Of a DNA stretch of 64,000 nucleotides, positions 14,199 to 33,625 are shown piece by piece. Each line of letters starts with the position of its first letter. Within the stretch, counting starts at the first letter, position 1. Both the position numbers and the translations under genes were made by a program. The notes beneath the pieces were generated by a model, which saw nothing but the letters and a program-made list of their open reading frames with translations, ran no database searches and had not been told where the DNA came from. Source of the stretch: Eledone cirrhosa. Its lineage: Eukaryota. Location of the stretch: positions 44,082,001 through 44,146,000 of the forward strand of contig OZ024740.1 in assembly GCA_964016885.1 (NCBI GenBank), in the 5' to 3' direction.

Positions 14199-15729
14199 CT
14201 TTGAATAACTTTGACATGTCTTGGCCAGTATTGGCCCAGGCCATGTCTAACCTGGCGAAGTCTTTCAATTCAGGATTTGGGCACCATGGCTCATTTGAGA
14301 AGGGAATTACTGTTTGCAGAGACATATCCGGGTGTGGGTCGTTTGTCCGGGATTACTTGGAGGAATTTGTCCAAAGTCTTCTTGAATTTTATGTGGTCAG
14401 TTTCTGTTTTGACGTGTCATGGTGTGATGTTGAAGAGATCAGGGCCAATTGAGGTGAAATAATTGTGCCGTATTGTTGTTTTGAGTTACGATTTAGATTT
14501 TTGTTTGGGACGGATAGCACGGGGCCCAAGCCCTGGGTGTATTTTGAAGGTGATGCCAACATCATTTGCGCAGTGCTGATGAAACATTTTCCACATCATG
14601 CAGATAATATAACGCTCACGGCGACGTTGGAGTGAGTAAATTTTCAGCTTTTCTAGTCGACCCTAATAGTCAAGCTCTGACATGCCATCTATCTTTTTCG
14701 TGATTTCCCTTTGGGGAGCTTCAAGTTTCATGATACTTTGTTTCGTGTGGGGAGACCACAGTGGACAACAGTATTCAAGGTGTGGTCGGGCAAAAGTGGA
14801 GAAGAGAAGGATAATGGTGTGGGAATCTCTCGACTGGAAGGTTCTGAGGATCCAGGAACACATTCTGCGGGTTATGTCAACTTTGCTGCTTATATACGTG
14901 GCCCAGCTTATGTTGCTGTCCACAGTTACTCCCAAGTCTCTGATGTTGTTAGATGCCACGAGAGTTTCACCGGAGGGAAGGGAGTACGGGAGTTTCAGAG
15001 CATCCTCTTTTCCAAAGTGGATCAGTTCGAATTTGTCTTCGTTCAGTAACATGTTGTTCTTTTCCGCCCATTGGGTAACATCCAGTAGGTCTGATCGAAG
15101 GCTTATCCAGTCATCCACGGCATTGATGACCTTCTGGAGCTTGGAATCATCAGCGAAAATTCTAATGTTGCTGTGTTTGATGATGTCAGTGATGTCATTT
15201 ATATAGATGATGAAGAGAAGTGGGCCCAACACAGTGCCTTGTGGGACCCCACTACTGACTTTGGCTGGGCTGGATTTGACTCCTTCGACTACAACATGTT
15301 GGGTTCTGTTTGACAAGAAGCACTTGATCCACTGCAGCAGCTTTCCAGTGACACCAATATTGGACAGCTTTCTCAGTAGAATGTTGTGATCAACCCTGTC
15401 AAAGGCCTTGCTGAAATCAAGGTAGATAACATCAATGTTGGAACCCTCTCCCCAGGCTCTCAAAATGTCATCAAAGTGATGCAGTAGCTGCGTCAGGCAA
15501 TCCCTTCCATTACGGAATCCATGCTGGTTGGAGTTCAGCATATCGTTACTCTCAAGGAAGTGAGTCATTCGCGATCTCACCACTCTCTCAAATACCCTAA
15601 TGATATGAGAGGTGAGTGAGATTGGATGGTAATTCACGGCAAGGGATTTGTTTCCTTTTTTGAAAACTAGGACAACAGACTGGGATAGAAGGTTTTCTGG
15701 TACATATCCAGCATCCAGTGAGTTTCGCC
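14196..15729 (-). pseudogene. 5'-truncated CR1/L2-type LINE RT with 3' (tatcaaagt)-like repeats
   Basis: YHPISLTS, QHGFR, YLDFSKAFDRVDH, GVPQGTVLGPLLF, FADDSKL, RDLGV, RPHLEYC. Flanked by (TA)n. Relatives at about 18830-19890, 29180-29440, 33760-33870 and 52010-52410. Confidence 0.88.
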
Positions 15730-15784
15730 ATATATATATATATATACAGTTGAAAATTGCAAACTTGACTGTCACCACATATTA

Positions 15785-15823
15785 TGAACCTGAAGATTGC
15801 GAAAGCATGAAAGTACTTGTTCA
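15785..15823 (+). ncRNA. Ultra-short hammerhead motif
   Basis: tgaac-CTGAAGA-t-tgc(gaaa)gca-t-GAAA-gtac-TT-gttca. Stem III is the palindrome AGTACT. Confidence 0.7.
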
Positions 15824-15986
15824 ATTAACACTTAGAATTTAATATTCTATCATACTATTTCATTATAATACCATTATGAATTTTAAAGGATTGTAAATAA
15901 AACGAGTAAATCAGACAAAGTTGGATTTCCTCTTATTAATATAATCTTCTATACACAATCATACACACCCGTGTATATTTATCTAT

Positions 15987-16038
<52 letters not shown>

Positions 16039-17334
16039 TATAAAATGACAGGAGGCTGAACTGGTGTAATTCCTTAAAGATTTATTATACTATAAATGTT
16101 TCAATGACCGGGTTCAGTATGAATCCGGTGACATCATCGGGTATTCCGAAATTTATCCAACAACGGAATATAATAATAGACACAATCTAAGGGGCTGAAA
16201 AGCAGAGAGAAACGCCCAAGACGAGAAGGCGGCCAAAAATGAGAGAGAGAGAGAGAGAGAGAATTGAGAAACTTTTAGAGAAGTATCGGGCCTCGTATTG
16301 TGAATTTAACAATCTCAAAAAAGATGAAAGGGAAAATTTATTTTTGTGGGATTTGATCACAGCATAGTGATCCGCAATGTATTCTGTCTAACGTTCTAGC
16401 AACATTGGTCGATTCGCTACCTTAGAAGTTAAAATATATACTTTAGGTAATAAAAATATATATTCAAATGGGGATGCGCGCGCGCACGTATTATATGTAT
16501 GTTAACATACATACACAAGCACTCTAGCTAGGTGTTTAGAAAATTTGCTTCTCAATCATGTCCGGTATTGAGAATTACTCTATGGGTTCACATGTCTCAA
16601 ATAATTCACGAGTTGGATGTCCGGTTAATCGAACTAGAATTGAGTTGTATGTATATGTATGCATATATGTATAAACATGTATATGTATGCATTCGGTTTT
16701 GTCCCCGAACGGGCGGTTAGCCATTGCGAGTTAGAGAATCCTAGTTATTGTTAGGACATCATTATAGGAGGAAACTTTTATGTAAAACCAGCGTTTCGAT
16801 GGCAGGCAATGATATTGACCTCTACTTTTTGGACACCTTTCACCTTTGTTCAGATAGTGGGATTGGTCCAGGGCAAGGCTTTTCTTCACTTTAATAGATT
16901 GCCTGCACTGGCACAGCTGGGTCTAAAGATCTTTCAGGTGTTTTAAGCGAGCTTTCTCCTTTTTCTTTTGCTGCAGTATATGCAAAAAGGAATTTAAAAG
17001 TGACGTTCGTGACATTCATGTATGAGAAAAAGGTCAAGTGATAACAATTCTCAAAATTTAGATGCAGCCATTGTGTAAGAATACATACATACATACATAT
17101 ATATAATGTATGCATTTATGTTAGGTCACTCATGAGTGCATGTAGCCAGTACAAACTGTCATATGGTCGGGTAATCAGTGACTAACCCGGCAATACCATC
17201 AAGCCTGCATAGGGATGGGGAGGATGAGGTTTGGACACCATGTGGAATGTAAAGCAAAACCCCTGAAACGTCGAATGATCTCAATAGCGTGTAATTATCT
17301 ATACATATAGATACAGATGTATGTGCATATACAT

Positions 17335-17390
<56 letters not shown>

Positions 17391-17550
17391 GTGTGTATAT
17401 GTGTGCAAAAGGTAAACAGAAATAACAACACAATCGGTACAGTATATGAAAAGGATACATTAGGTTAACGCTTAATATAGCAGGTGTGTATATATATATA
17501 TGTATACGCGCGGGAACATGGAAATACTGGGTTCTGTGCCGAAAGAGTGG

Positions 17551-17582
<32 letters not shown>

Positions 17583-17584
<2 letters not shown>

Positions 17585-18394
17585 AATAGGAACCAGTAAG
17601 ACCCCGACAGCTGAGCTCAAGCCGTTTCGACGGCTAATTCTGGACTAAATGAACATTTATCCTGGTATTTAAATAGCCGATCTTCTCAAGGGGTAATTCC
17701 ATATATGGTCAAAGTGATTGTCAAAAATCAGTAGTAATTCTGTGGTTGCAAATTAGTAGGGGAGATGGTGGCTAAACCTGCCAGTAGGAGAAAGAGGGGA
17801 GGGGGTGGAGTAGACCCAATCAAGCGTTTGTAGTGCCAGCTACAGCTGGGCATGAGGTCAAAGAAGATACAGGGGAGGGGGAGGGGGAGGAAGTCGGAAC
17901 GGTAGGTAGAACAATGGGGGGTAGAAATATATAGGAAAGAAAAAATACTCTCTCAGTATTTTTTCTTTCCTATATATTTCTACCCCCCATTGTTCTACCT
18001 ACCGTTCCGACTTCCTCCCCCTCCCCCTCCCCTGTATCTTCTTTGACCTCATGCCCAGCTGTAGCTGGCACTACAAACGCTTGATTGGGTCTACTCCACC
18101 CCCTCCCCTCTTTCTCCTACTGGCAGGTTTAGCCACCATCTCCCCTACTAATTTGCAACCACAGAATTACTACTGATTTTTGACAATCACTTTGACCATA
18201 TATGGAATTACCCCTTGAGAAGATCGGCTATTTAAATACCAGGATAAATTTTCATTTAGTCCAGAATTAGCCGTCGAAACGGCTTGAGCTCAGCTGTCGG
18301 GGTCTTACTGGTTCCTATTATCCACTCTACTACCTCAAGTATTGAGTACTTTGGTGCGTTATGGTCCACCTGGTTCCTTACCACATTTCCTTCG

Positions 18395-18395
<1 letters not shown>
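17583..18395. mobile_element. Near-perfect 367-bp-arm palindrome (PLE pseudo-LTR plus inverted copy)
   Basis: Arms 17583-17949 and 17955-18321 with a ctctc spacer; only one mismatch noticed by eye. Flanked by (TA)n. Confidence 0.9.
18210..18303 (+). ncRNA. Hammerhead with U3:A8 core (mirror copy 17601-17694, minus strand)
   Basis: acccc-TTGAGAA-ga(t)cggcta..tagccgtc-GAAA-cggct(tgagctc)agctg-TC-ggggt. Confidence 0.72.
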
Positions 18396-18477
<82 letters not shown>

Positions 18478-18589
18478 GACTTGTACATCTGAAACTACTT
18501 CGCTTTTCCTTATTCGATATTTACTCCGTCACTCCTATGTGGAAAAAGTACGTTGAGTGCTTGAATTGAATTGCATGAATGTTTACCCT

Positions 18590-18636
<47 letters not shown>

Positions 18637-20418
18637 CATATAACTTTGATAGGTTACGGCCATTACTGCTTCACGTCATCTCTATCTTAATAGCACCACA
18701 TGGTAAAGTCTTTCAGATCATGCTTAACTCCTCAATTATACTTTGGATACCATGAGCCTGCCCAGTAAAGAGTTCATGTTATTGAGGCATTTGATAGGGT
18801 TGGTCACAGCATAATGTTGAAGAAACATGGAAGGTTACTACAGTAGCTTTAAATGTTTCATGCTGAACTGAGACCAATATATTGTGATCAAAATTATATG
18901 ATCAATCTCATCTAAAATCAGTACTGGCGTTCCACAAGGCACAGTTCATTATTTATATCCACGATATAAACGTAATTTCAAGTACTGCAAAATATTTATT
19001 TTGGTAGATGTTTCCATGCACCGGAAGGTCTTCAATATAGTAAGAGCCAGGATGTACCTTTAATCATGCCTGCTGTTATACAATACTCGAAAACAAAAAC
19101 ATGCTACTAAACGAGTAAAATTCATGAGTTAATTCATTTCGGAAAAGCGGGTTCACTTAGGTGAGCAGCCAACAACATAAGAGACATTGAAATAACTGTC
19201 GATAATAACTGGAATACCCACATAAGCAGCAACGCTAACATGACCCACAGGATGTGTTCCTGGATTCTTGTTGTAGTCGAGAATTATTCAAAGCATTATC
19301 CTTCTCTTAATTACCTTTGTCCGAACTCCTCCTTTTGTCCACTGTGGTCTGTTCACACGAAACAAACTATTATGTAAATTGAAGCATCCCACATGTCAAT
19401 TGCAAAACAGACATAAGGCATGACAGGCCGTCACTATTGAGGTTGACATGAAAAACTCGAATACTGATCTCTCCAACGCCACCATGACCATTATATCATT
19501 TGCATGATGTGGCAATTATTCCATCAGAATTTTCCAAATGATGTTGACATCAACTTTAAAATTCACCTGGGTCTTAGCCTTCCACTACAAAAATTTATTT
19601 CGCTTCTTATATCATTAAAATAACATTACAACACACATCAACGCTTCCTACTATTCTAAATATCATATCAATATTCTTTCAAACAAAAACAGATCCCATA
19701 AAACTCAAAGGGTCCCTGGAAAAATTCCTCCAAGATATTCCGGATAAACACCCTATACCCAGATATGTCTCCGTAAAAACTATGTCATTCTCAAGTGTGT
19801 CATGGTGTCCAGAACATGAAGGTTTGAAGCATAATATGAAATATTTCACCAGGTCATGTTGTTAAGATAACCAGAGCCAGCGCTTATCAAGTAATACAGA
19901 TATAAATAAATACATATATGAAATACGTGAATTTGTATATCTGGTGATATGCGGTATGTTTATAAATAAACATTTGAAAGCATTCAGATATCAGTTTTGA
20001 AATGCATAGCTGAAGGCTTTCAAAATGTTTACTTTTAAACATACCGTACATCGTCTAATATACAAATTCACGTATTTCATATACAAAACTCTGTTAGAGT
20101 TATACACACACGCACACACACAGAGACACACACAGACACACACACAGACACACACACAGACACACAGACACACACACACACACACATGCATACAGACACA
20201 TACTCATACATATATATATATATATACATATATATGTGCATGTGTGTGTGTGTCAATGTCAGTGTTGAACAAACGGATGACGATTTGTCATCGGCACAGT
20301 TTTAATCAGAGCTTTGTTTACAAACAAATCGAATATTATTATTACTGTTCGATATAACCCATATGCACATAAATTTATGTATATAGTATATATGTGTGTG
20401 TACGTATGCATACTTACA

Positions 20419-20478
<60 letters not shown>

Positions 20479-20798
20479 TCTATGCAAGTGTTCGTAATCT
20501 ACTTGAGATCTACTGATATGACTTTGTTCATATCTTATCAGACCAGCTCAGTCTGACTAGACTACAGTGCAGGCAGTTCAGAATATATATATATATAGAG
20601 AGAGAGAGTAATAATAGTAATAATATAGTAATAATAATAAATCCAAAGACTAAAATCCAAAGAGGGCTCGATAATGATAAATATATATCAAATATATAAG
20701 AACCCTAGAGCAAATATTTATTAAAATTACAGATTAACGTTTAAGGAAAGTAGCGATTCTTTGCTTAAACTTTAATCTGTTATTTTAATATATATATA

Positions 20799-21122
20799 TA
20801 TATTGGTAAACGGAATAGAAAATGCTGACAAATTGTTCACAGTTGAAAAATGGTTTAATTAGGAATAAGAGAGTATTAGTGATTGTATGGGTTAGTATTC
20901 AGTTGTGGTTTTAAGTTTTTAAGTTTTTACCGGTTGCGCATTTCTAAATGCTTTTCAAAAATAATTTTGAGATAGAGTGTCCGTGTTGTTTGTAACCCAT
21001 ACAATCACTAATACTCTTTTATTCCTAATTAAACCATTTTTCAACTGTGAACAATTTGTCAGCATTTTCTATTCCGTTTACCAATATATAATAACTTGTG
21101 TGTTACACCTCTATTCTTTTAA
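20799..21122. mobile_element. Solo pseudo-LTR of PLE family B in inverted plus direct arrangement
   Basis: Arms about 20799-20894 and 20993-21090. Sequence matches 23760-23976. Confidence 0.8.
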
Positions 21123-21269
21123 CTATATATATATATATATATATAGGTGTGTGTGTGTGTGTGTGTACTCTTTTAGCTGTTCCAGCGCCATCCGACTGAG
21201 GCCATGGTAAGTATAAATCGTAAGTATAACGTTGTAGACGCAATCCAAGCTATAAGTTTTCCTTCGCAA

Positions 21270-22020
21270 TAATCCTCTACTTGCTTATTCTTCTCCACCA
21301 CGCCTCCATGCATGCTGGAAGGATTCTCCTGAGATTCTCCGCAGCTCGATCACCACGGCCTTCTTCATGGCTACCACGTCCGGAAAATGGGTCCTCTTGA
21401 GCTTGGAGTAAAGGAAAAAATTACACAGAGCAAAGTCGGTGAGTAGGGTTGTTGTTGCAGCACCGCGATGTTCTACCTCAGGAACTGCCACATGCTCCGA
21501 ACCTTGTAGACCGGAGCGTTGTTGTGGTGAAGCAGCCACGAGTTGTTATCTCGAATCTCTCGCCTCTTCTCACGCACTGTACGAAGAAAACGGCACGGGA
21601 TCTCTTTGTTGACATATGATTGATCGGCTGGCTCAGTGGCAAGTATTATATGGATGATGCCCCTCACATTGAAGAACGTGACCAACGTGAATTTGACTTT
21701 GGACTTCGACTGTCTTGCTTTCATCGGCCTCGGTGACACCGTACTCATCCACTGAAGTCTCTGGTGCTTGGTCTCCGGATCTATGACTCATTACCGGTGA
21801 TGTCACTCCTCAGCAAATCTCGTTCAGTTTCAAGATGCTCAAGGATGTCCTGACACACTTGCATACGCCTCTCCTTCTGGTCAGCTTTCAGCAGCTTCAG
21901 CACCATATTCCTGCATATTTTCTGCATAGCCAAATCTTCGGTGAATATCTCCCAAGTGTTGTTGTGGTTCATGTCCAGCTCACTTGTGATCAGTCGAATA
22001 TTGAGCGAACCATCGACATC
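21270..22020 (-). pseudogene. Mariner transposase relic
   Basis: QKERRMQVC..ITGNES, DPETK, PRPMKARQSKS, FFNVRGIIH, LLHHNNAP and CNFFLYSKLK across frameshifts. Abuts a PLE fragment at about 22022. Confidence 0.82.
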
Positions 22021-22021
22021 G

Positions 22022-22785
22022 ACATACATAGGTGAGACAGCTCGAAGCATAGGAGAGAGCATAGACCACCATTGGAGGGAACTAAAAAAACAAAAAAACG
22101 GTTTAGTACTATATGAACACGCCAGACAAAGACATAGCGGTAATATAGACAACATAGAAATAAAAATAATATCTAAACATGACTCAACAGGTAGACAAAT
22201 CAGAGAAGCAGCTGAGATAGAACTAAGAAGACCGAAGTTGAACAGAAAGAGCGAATGGAATAACAACAGCAACCATACCCAAACAAACAATACTCACTTA
22301 AGGGAAATATAAATAAGTAAATAAATAAAGATATACAGAAGTACAATAACAACAAACACATATAACACACACTAGTGAACAAAGATAGAATACAAAAACA
22401 AAAACAAAAACACATACACTCAAACATGAACACATGCTCCAAACATTATGCACACACGCAAACGCATGCGCAGAGACAGAGACAAGAATAAATAAATAAA
22501 ATAAAAATGGCGTAGACATTACCATACAATGGGAGGAAACATAATAGTACCACTGATGATGTCGAAGATGTGCGACGAAAGAACTTTGATTGACTATATA
22601 TATATATTTATATCTGTATTTTTAACCGCTGGTCAATCAATGATAAACATTGATTGCCAAATAAATTAACTATGGAGATATAAAAGATACAGAAGCGAAA
22701 ACCAACCCAAACCAAACAGTGAGTGCGTTCTGTTATTATTTCTGGCAATATTATAACAATATGACCCTCCCCAAGTATAGCAATA
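22022..22785 (+). mobile_element. PLE family A 3' fragment (GIY-YIG end, pseudo-LTR, HHR at about 22545-22596)
   Basis: TYIGETARSIGESIDHHW..LNRKSEW, then CTGATGA-t-gtcgaa(gatg)tgcgac-GAAA. Confidence 0.85.
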
Positions 22786-22850
22786 TATATATATATATAT
22801 ATATATAAATGTGTGTGTGAGAGAGAGAGAGAGAGAGAGTGAGAGAGAGG

Positions 22851-22949
<99 letters not shown>

Positions 22950-23527
22950 AGAGAGTGCGTGTGTGGGTGTGTGTGTGTGGAGTTGTGCGTTAAGAGCTGA
23001 AGTACGCCATAAATTTGAATCTGTTTATATACAGCATAGAGGTAACAGAAATTTAGGTATAATTTTACATATTGAGTGTTTAATCACATTTGCTTGCCAT
23101 ATTTAAGATGTTCTCTATAAATTGAAAAAATTATAGAATATATTGAATTGGTATTCAATATATTTAGGATATTTATCAGTAGATATGTATCAATAACCTA
23201 AACAAGCGTAATGAAATATGAAATGAAGGAACTTTATATACCCCATGATTTATAGTAAATATCACTAACGTGGACATACTAATTTGTTAATTTGCATACT
23301 ATTGGCGTAAGAGTCCGTGTGAAGTTGCCGAAGTGTATAATTAATTTATATCTGTATATATATACAGTAAAGATGTGACAAGACTGCGTAAATGTATATA
23401 TATACATATTTACAACTTGAGTGTTCAGATAAGTAAAAATGGAAAATTCATGTATATATATATATATAACCAATACTGGAATTGTATAATCAAGACCGTA
23501 GCGGTATGTCATATATCAAATCATATA

Positions 23528-23591
23528 TTTTATCTGATGAAGACGTACTGAAAAAAAACAACACAGTACCTTTGAAATATATATAATAAAG
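23528..23591 (+). ncRNA. Minimal hammerhead at the 3' end of a decayed PLE (about 23000-23650)
   Basis: ttttat-CTGATGA-agac-gtactg..cagtac-cttt-GAAA-tatata-TA-ataaag. Upstream NLNKRNEI resembles a GIY-YIG C-terminus. Confidence 0.7.
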
Positions 23592-23655
23592 CATATATTT
23601 TGATTATGTGAATATCTTTCATTTGTTAATATTTTGAATAATATTATATATATTA

Positions 23656-28969
<5,314 letters not shown>

Positions 28970-29764
28970 GAGAGGAGGAAAGGAAGAGGGGGGAGAGAGA
29001 GTGAGAGAGAAAGGTAAAATCCCGACCGCGGTGGCAAGCGGTTTACGTTTGTGTAATTAGCTTGTGTTATATACATATATATATATATATGAGATACTGC
29101 AATAACAGAACTACTGTTTTCAGCAATCCTGATATGGTTGATCAGAGCTATATAAATTATGTTAATCCCCAACACACTTTATGACTCACTTTCTTGAAAG
29201 CAAGAATCTGCTGAACTACAACCAACATGGGTTCCATAGTGGAAGGGATTGCCTAACGCATCCCCTGCATCATTTTGATGACATTTTAAGAGCTTTGGTA
29301 GAGGACTCCAACACTGATGTCATCTACTTGGATTTCAACAAGTCTTTTGACAGGTTGCTCACAACATTCTATTGAAAAACCTATCCTATATATGTGTCTC
29401 AGGAAAGTTACTGCAATGGATCAATTGTTTCCTGACAAACATGTGTTTTCGAAAGATCAACTGCAGGAATCGGTGATAAGTTACAAAAAAGTGTGATGAT
29501 CAATGACCGGGAAGTTGGCTTACCATGAGATTAGTCCGAAGAATAAAACCCAATCGCATGTTGACGAATATTTGTACTCCCGGCATGTTAATTGTAACGT
29601 GCCGTCTTTGTAACATGTAGTCGCTAAAACAGTCCATTTACAATATGTGTGTGAGTTCGCCAATCTCGGTAATGTACGGAGAGATTGCCGAACACACATA
29701 CATAGAGACATATAAACATATAAACAAACATGCACACATACAAATACATACTAACACACACGCA

Positions 29765-29855
<91 letters not shown>

Positions 29856-30479
29856 CATGACCTGTTTAGCGACTACGAAAGCGGGCGGAAACTACCGAAG
29901 TCGTTGTTTATGATTTACATAGTAAGCTGTATACCTAAGACGAAGGTAGGCTATAAATAAAATATGAATTAAAATATAGTAATAATAAGTTAACCACAAT
30001 ATACAGTTGTACTTATGTACCATAATTATAAATCGTAATTATAACCATATATGTTTGGTTGGCTGGGCACATACATGAGAGCATATATACATACACACGC
30101 ATACACATATGTACATTACATACATATAAATACATATATATTCACACACACACATGTGTGCATATATACATATACACGCATAAACATATGTACATATACA
30201 TACATATACATATACATTTACACACATACATGAGTGCAAACATAGATATATAGATATACATACATATACATATGTACACACACATATACATATATATATA
30301 TACACAGACACAGACACACAGATGCATACATACGTAAGTACATACATAGATACATACATACACATATATACATATACACACATACATATATACACATATA
30401 CATACAAACCTACATACCCACTTACACTCAAATAAACATACACATACATACACACACACATGCATACATACGCACAAAA

Positions 30480-30802
30480 TCTTCCTATGGTCTTTATGTC
30501 TCTCTATATAACATTCTTTGTCTGTCTGTATGCCTATCTGTTCCTATGCATTCTCTAAAGGCTGGACCGAATCAAATCAAATTTTACAATGTTAATAGTA
30601 TTAGACCCCGGAAGTGTCAACATGTAATTTTTATTTTCATTTGGATTAAAACAATATAAGATTTTAACTAAAATAATATTTTTATAGTCAACTATAGTAA
30701 ACCACGACGACGATGACTCACATTTTGTATATGAGTGTGTATGTGTCTGTGTGTGTGTGTGTATGTGTGTGTGTGTATGTGAGTGTGTGTGTGTGTGTAT
30801 GT

Positions 30803-30884
<82 letters not shown>

Positions 30885-31690
30885 ATGTGTGTGTGTGTGT
30901 TTGTGTGTGTGCATTTGTTATGTATGTTAGGCTTCAGAGAATTAAATCCTCACACATCTACACATATATACACATAATATGTGTGAGTGTATATGAGAGT
31001 ATATACGGCACATTTTCTATGTTTGTGTCAGTCTTAGTATATATATGTGAATGTATGTTAGAGTGTATGTGTGTGTGAGTGTATGTGTGGGTATGTGTGT
31101 TGACTGACATAACGATATTTTCTTTAATCAACTATAGTGAACCACAACGACCACCACGACAACGTTACATTTTGTATATGAGTGTGCACACAGACAATTA
31201 AACAAACACACACATCTACACATACAGACACTTATGTGATGACAGACAGGTGTGCGTGTATGTCTGTGTGTGTCTGTCTTAGTATATGTGTGTGAGTGTA
31301 TGTGAGAGTGTATGTGTGTGTGTGAGTGAATGTGTGATAATTTTTATTTTTATTTGGATTAAAAAAATAGGACGTCACATTTTGTATATGAATATCTATG
31401 TGTCTGTGAGTGTGTGTGTATTTGCGCGTTCATTAAATACATTATTGAATACACACACACACATCTGCACATACATGAATTACACAACGAATATTGTTTA
31501 CCCGAAGGTGCTTCAAGATTGACAGATTTTCATTTCTAAATTCTATTATCATTACAATTTCGATATTTTAAAAATAAAATATAGATATTGTGAAATGATT
31601 ATAAGAAAAAAAAACATATCTTCATATTTATTGTTTACTAATCTGAATAAGAACAGCAGTAACCCGGGCAACGCCGGGTAATTAAGCTAG
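30480..31690 (+). mobile_element. Non-autonomous Helitron carrying (TG)n arrays
   Basis: 3' hairpin acccggg-caacg-ccgggt plus CTAG|T at 31687-31691. The 5' part (a|tcttc..tctatata..gtctgtctg..atgcatt) resembles the 5' end of the large Helitron. The 5' boundary is approximate. Confidence 0.7.
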
Positions 31691-31736
31691 TACACACACA
31701 CACACACACGCACACACACACACACGCGCGCGCGCG

Positions 31737-31807
<71 letters not shown>

Positions 31808-32788
31808 TTAATATATGATTTTGTATCGTCTTGTAAGGTGTGTAACTTTAATCTCCTCTTTATTGCCATCTTATGTTTTCCTTGCAATCTCGTGTTTTCC
31901 TTGCAATCTTTACTTATCACTCTTATGTGCCAACATACTCCTCTCTCAATCCTTTATACTTTTCACCTACATTTCACTCACCTCACAACTTTCCGTCTCT
32001 CCATAACGACAACTGGCCCTTTTTTCTGCAATTAGAGCTACGTTTTACGGTATAATTGGACAGTGGTACGAGCGAAGATTCCCCTGCATCCACATTTTCT
32101 GTGATATTTCAAGTATTATTTAGAATAATCAACTAATGATGTGGTCATTTGCGTTGGGACTCACGCATTTCAAATTTTAAATAATCATGGCACTTCTTAG
32201 TTCAGCTGCATTATTTGCATCTGTATATATATATATAGTAATTATTGTTTCTACTTTTGGCACAAGGCCAGCAATTAACCAGTGAATTACTGGTACTTTA
32301 TTTTATCGACCCCGTAAGGATGAAAAGCAAAGTTAACCTCGGCGGGATTTGAACTCAGATCATAAAGGGCCGTAACTCTTTTGCTGTAAAGCATAATAAT
32401 AAATGTGAAGACTAAAATCCATATATATATGCATGCTTTGAGTGGTGTGTGTGTGGCGTGTGTACATCTGTGTATGCATGTATGTATATATGTATTTTAT
32501 GTATATATTTAAATGTAAATGTATATATCACATGTGTGTGTGTGTGTGTGTGAGCGCCTGCGTTTATGGGGATACGGTTTGTAAGTATGTAAACGTGTGT
32601 GTTGTTTCTCTACAATTAACTCCGTATTCCTATTTATATATACACAGACATAGATATAAATGCATTATTGTAGTGGACCTATTCAACTATCTATTTATCT
32701 ATCTATCTATCTGTTTTCCTACCTATCGATATATCTATGTGTATGAATGTGAATATCTTTGTATATGAATATTTGTGTGCCTTTGGGA

Positions 32789-32844
<56 letters not shown>

Positions 32845-33567
32845 AAATAGAAACGCTCATACACTCCTATATATATATGTGTGTGTGTGCGCGCGCGTGT
32901 GTGTGTTCAAAACTGACAGATATACTTATCTTGGACAATTGGAAAACGTGAAATAATGACGTAAATAGGATGTTAAAATCCAAATGCAAACTTGATAGTG
33001 TGCTCTTGGTAAATTAAATGACACCATGGAAAGTAAGATACCACTATGACTTAAGTGCAGCGTGTCTAAGGTTGTGACCACTATATCATACCATGATTGA
33101 TTTATGGAACAGATGCATGAAACAGAAGCTTAGAACAATACAAAAAGTATGGAAAGATGCATGTTAGAAGTCACTAAACTGGGGCGAAATTAGTTCCGAA
33201 TGGATAAAAGAACAAAGAAAACTATGAGTTATCGGGGGAAAATAATTCAGTAGAAAACCATATGAGGAAAGAGAATGTGTCACGAAAGACTAATAATAGA
33301 TGAACTAAGTCATTTAGAGAATGGAGGAATGGAGAGTGTGGCGTATGGGGTAACGTAAACGGCCAAAATAAAGGATACGAGATAGAAATGTGAAATGTGC
33401 AGATCAGAAACGATGCTACTAGGTTGGAGTGGGCCCACCTCACAGACTTTATACTGGACAGACAACGGCTGAAAATTAGGGTGATAATATCTCTCATATG
33501 TATATATGTATATGTGTATAAACATTTACATACATATATATAGACAGACACACTCACACTGACACAC

Positions 33568-33625
<58 letters not shown>

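Noticed and set aside
16780-16950. Minus-strand taaaac..CTGAAAG..atcGAAAcg..gtttta
   Set aside because: Core and cleavage site deviate at several positions and a stem II insert of about 150 nt would be needed.
20490-20550. Minus-strand CTGATAA plus a 7-bp hairpin gatatga/tcatatc
   Set aside because: No GAAA and no stem I; too degenerate to call.
33000-33480. Possible RTE-type LINE C-terminal remnant
   Set aside because: Only faint motif resemblance across frameshifts; not supportable without a database search.
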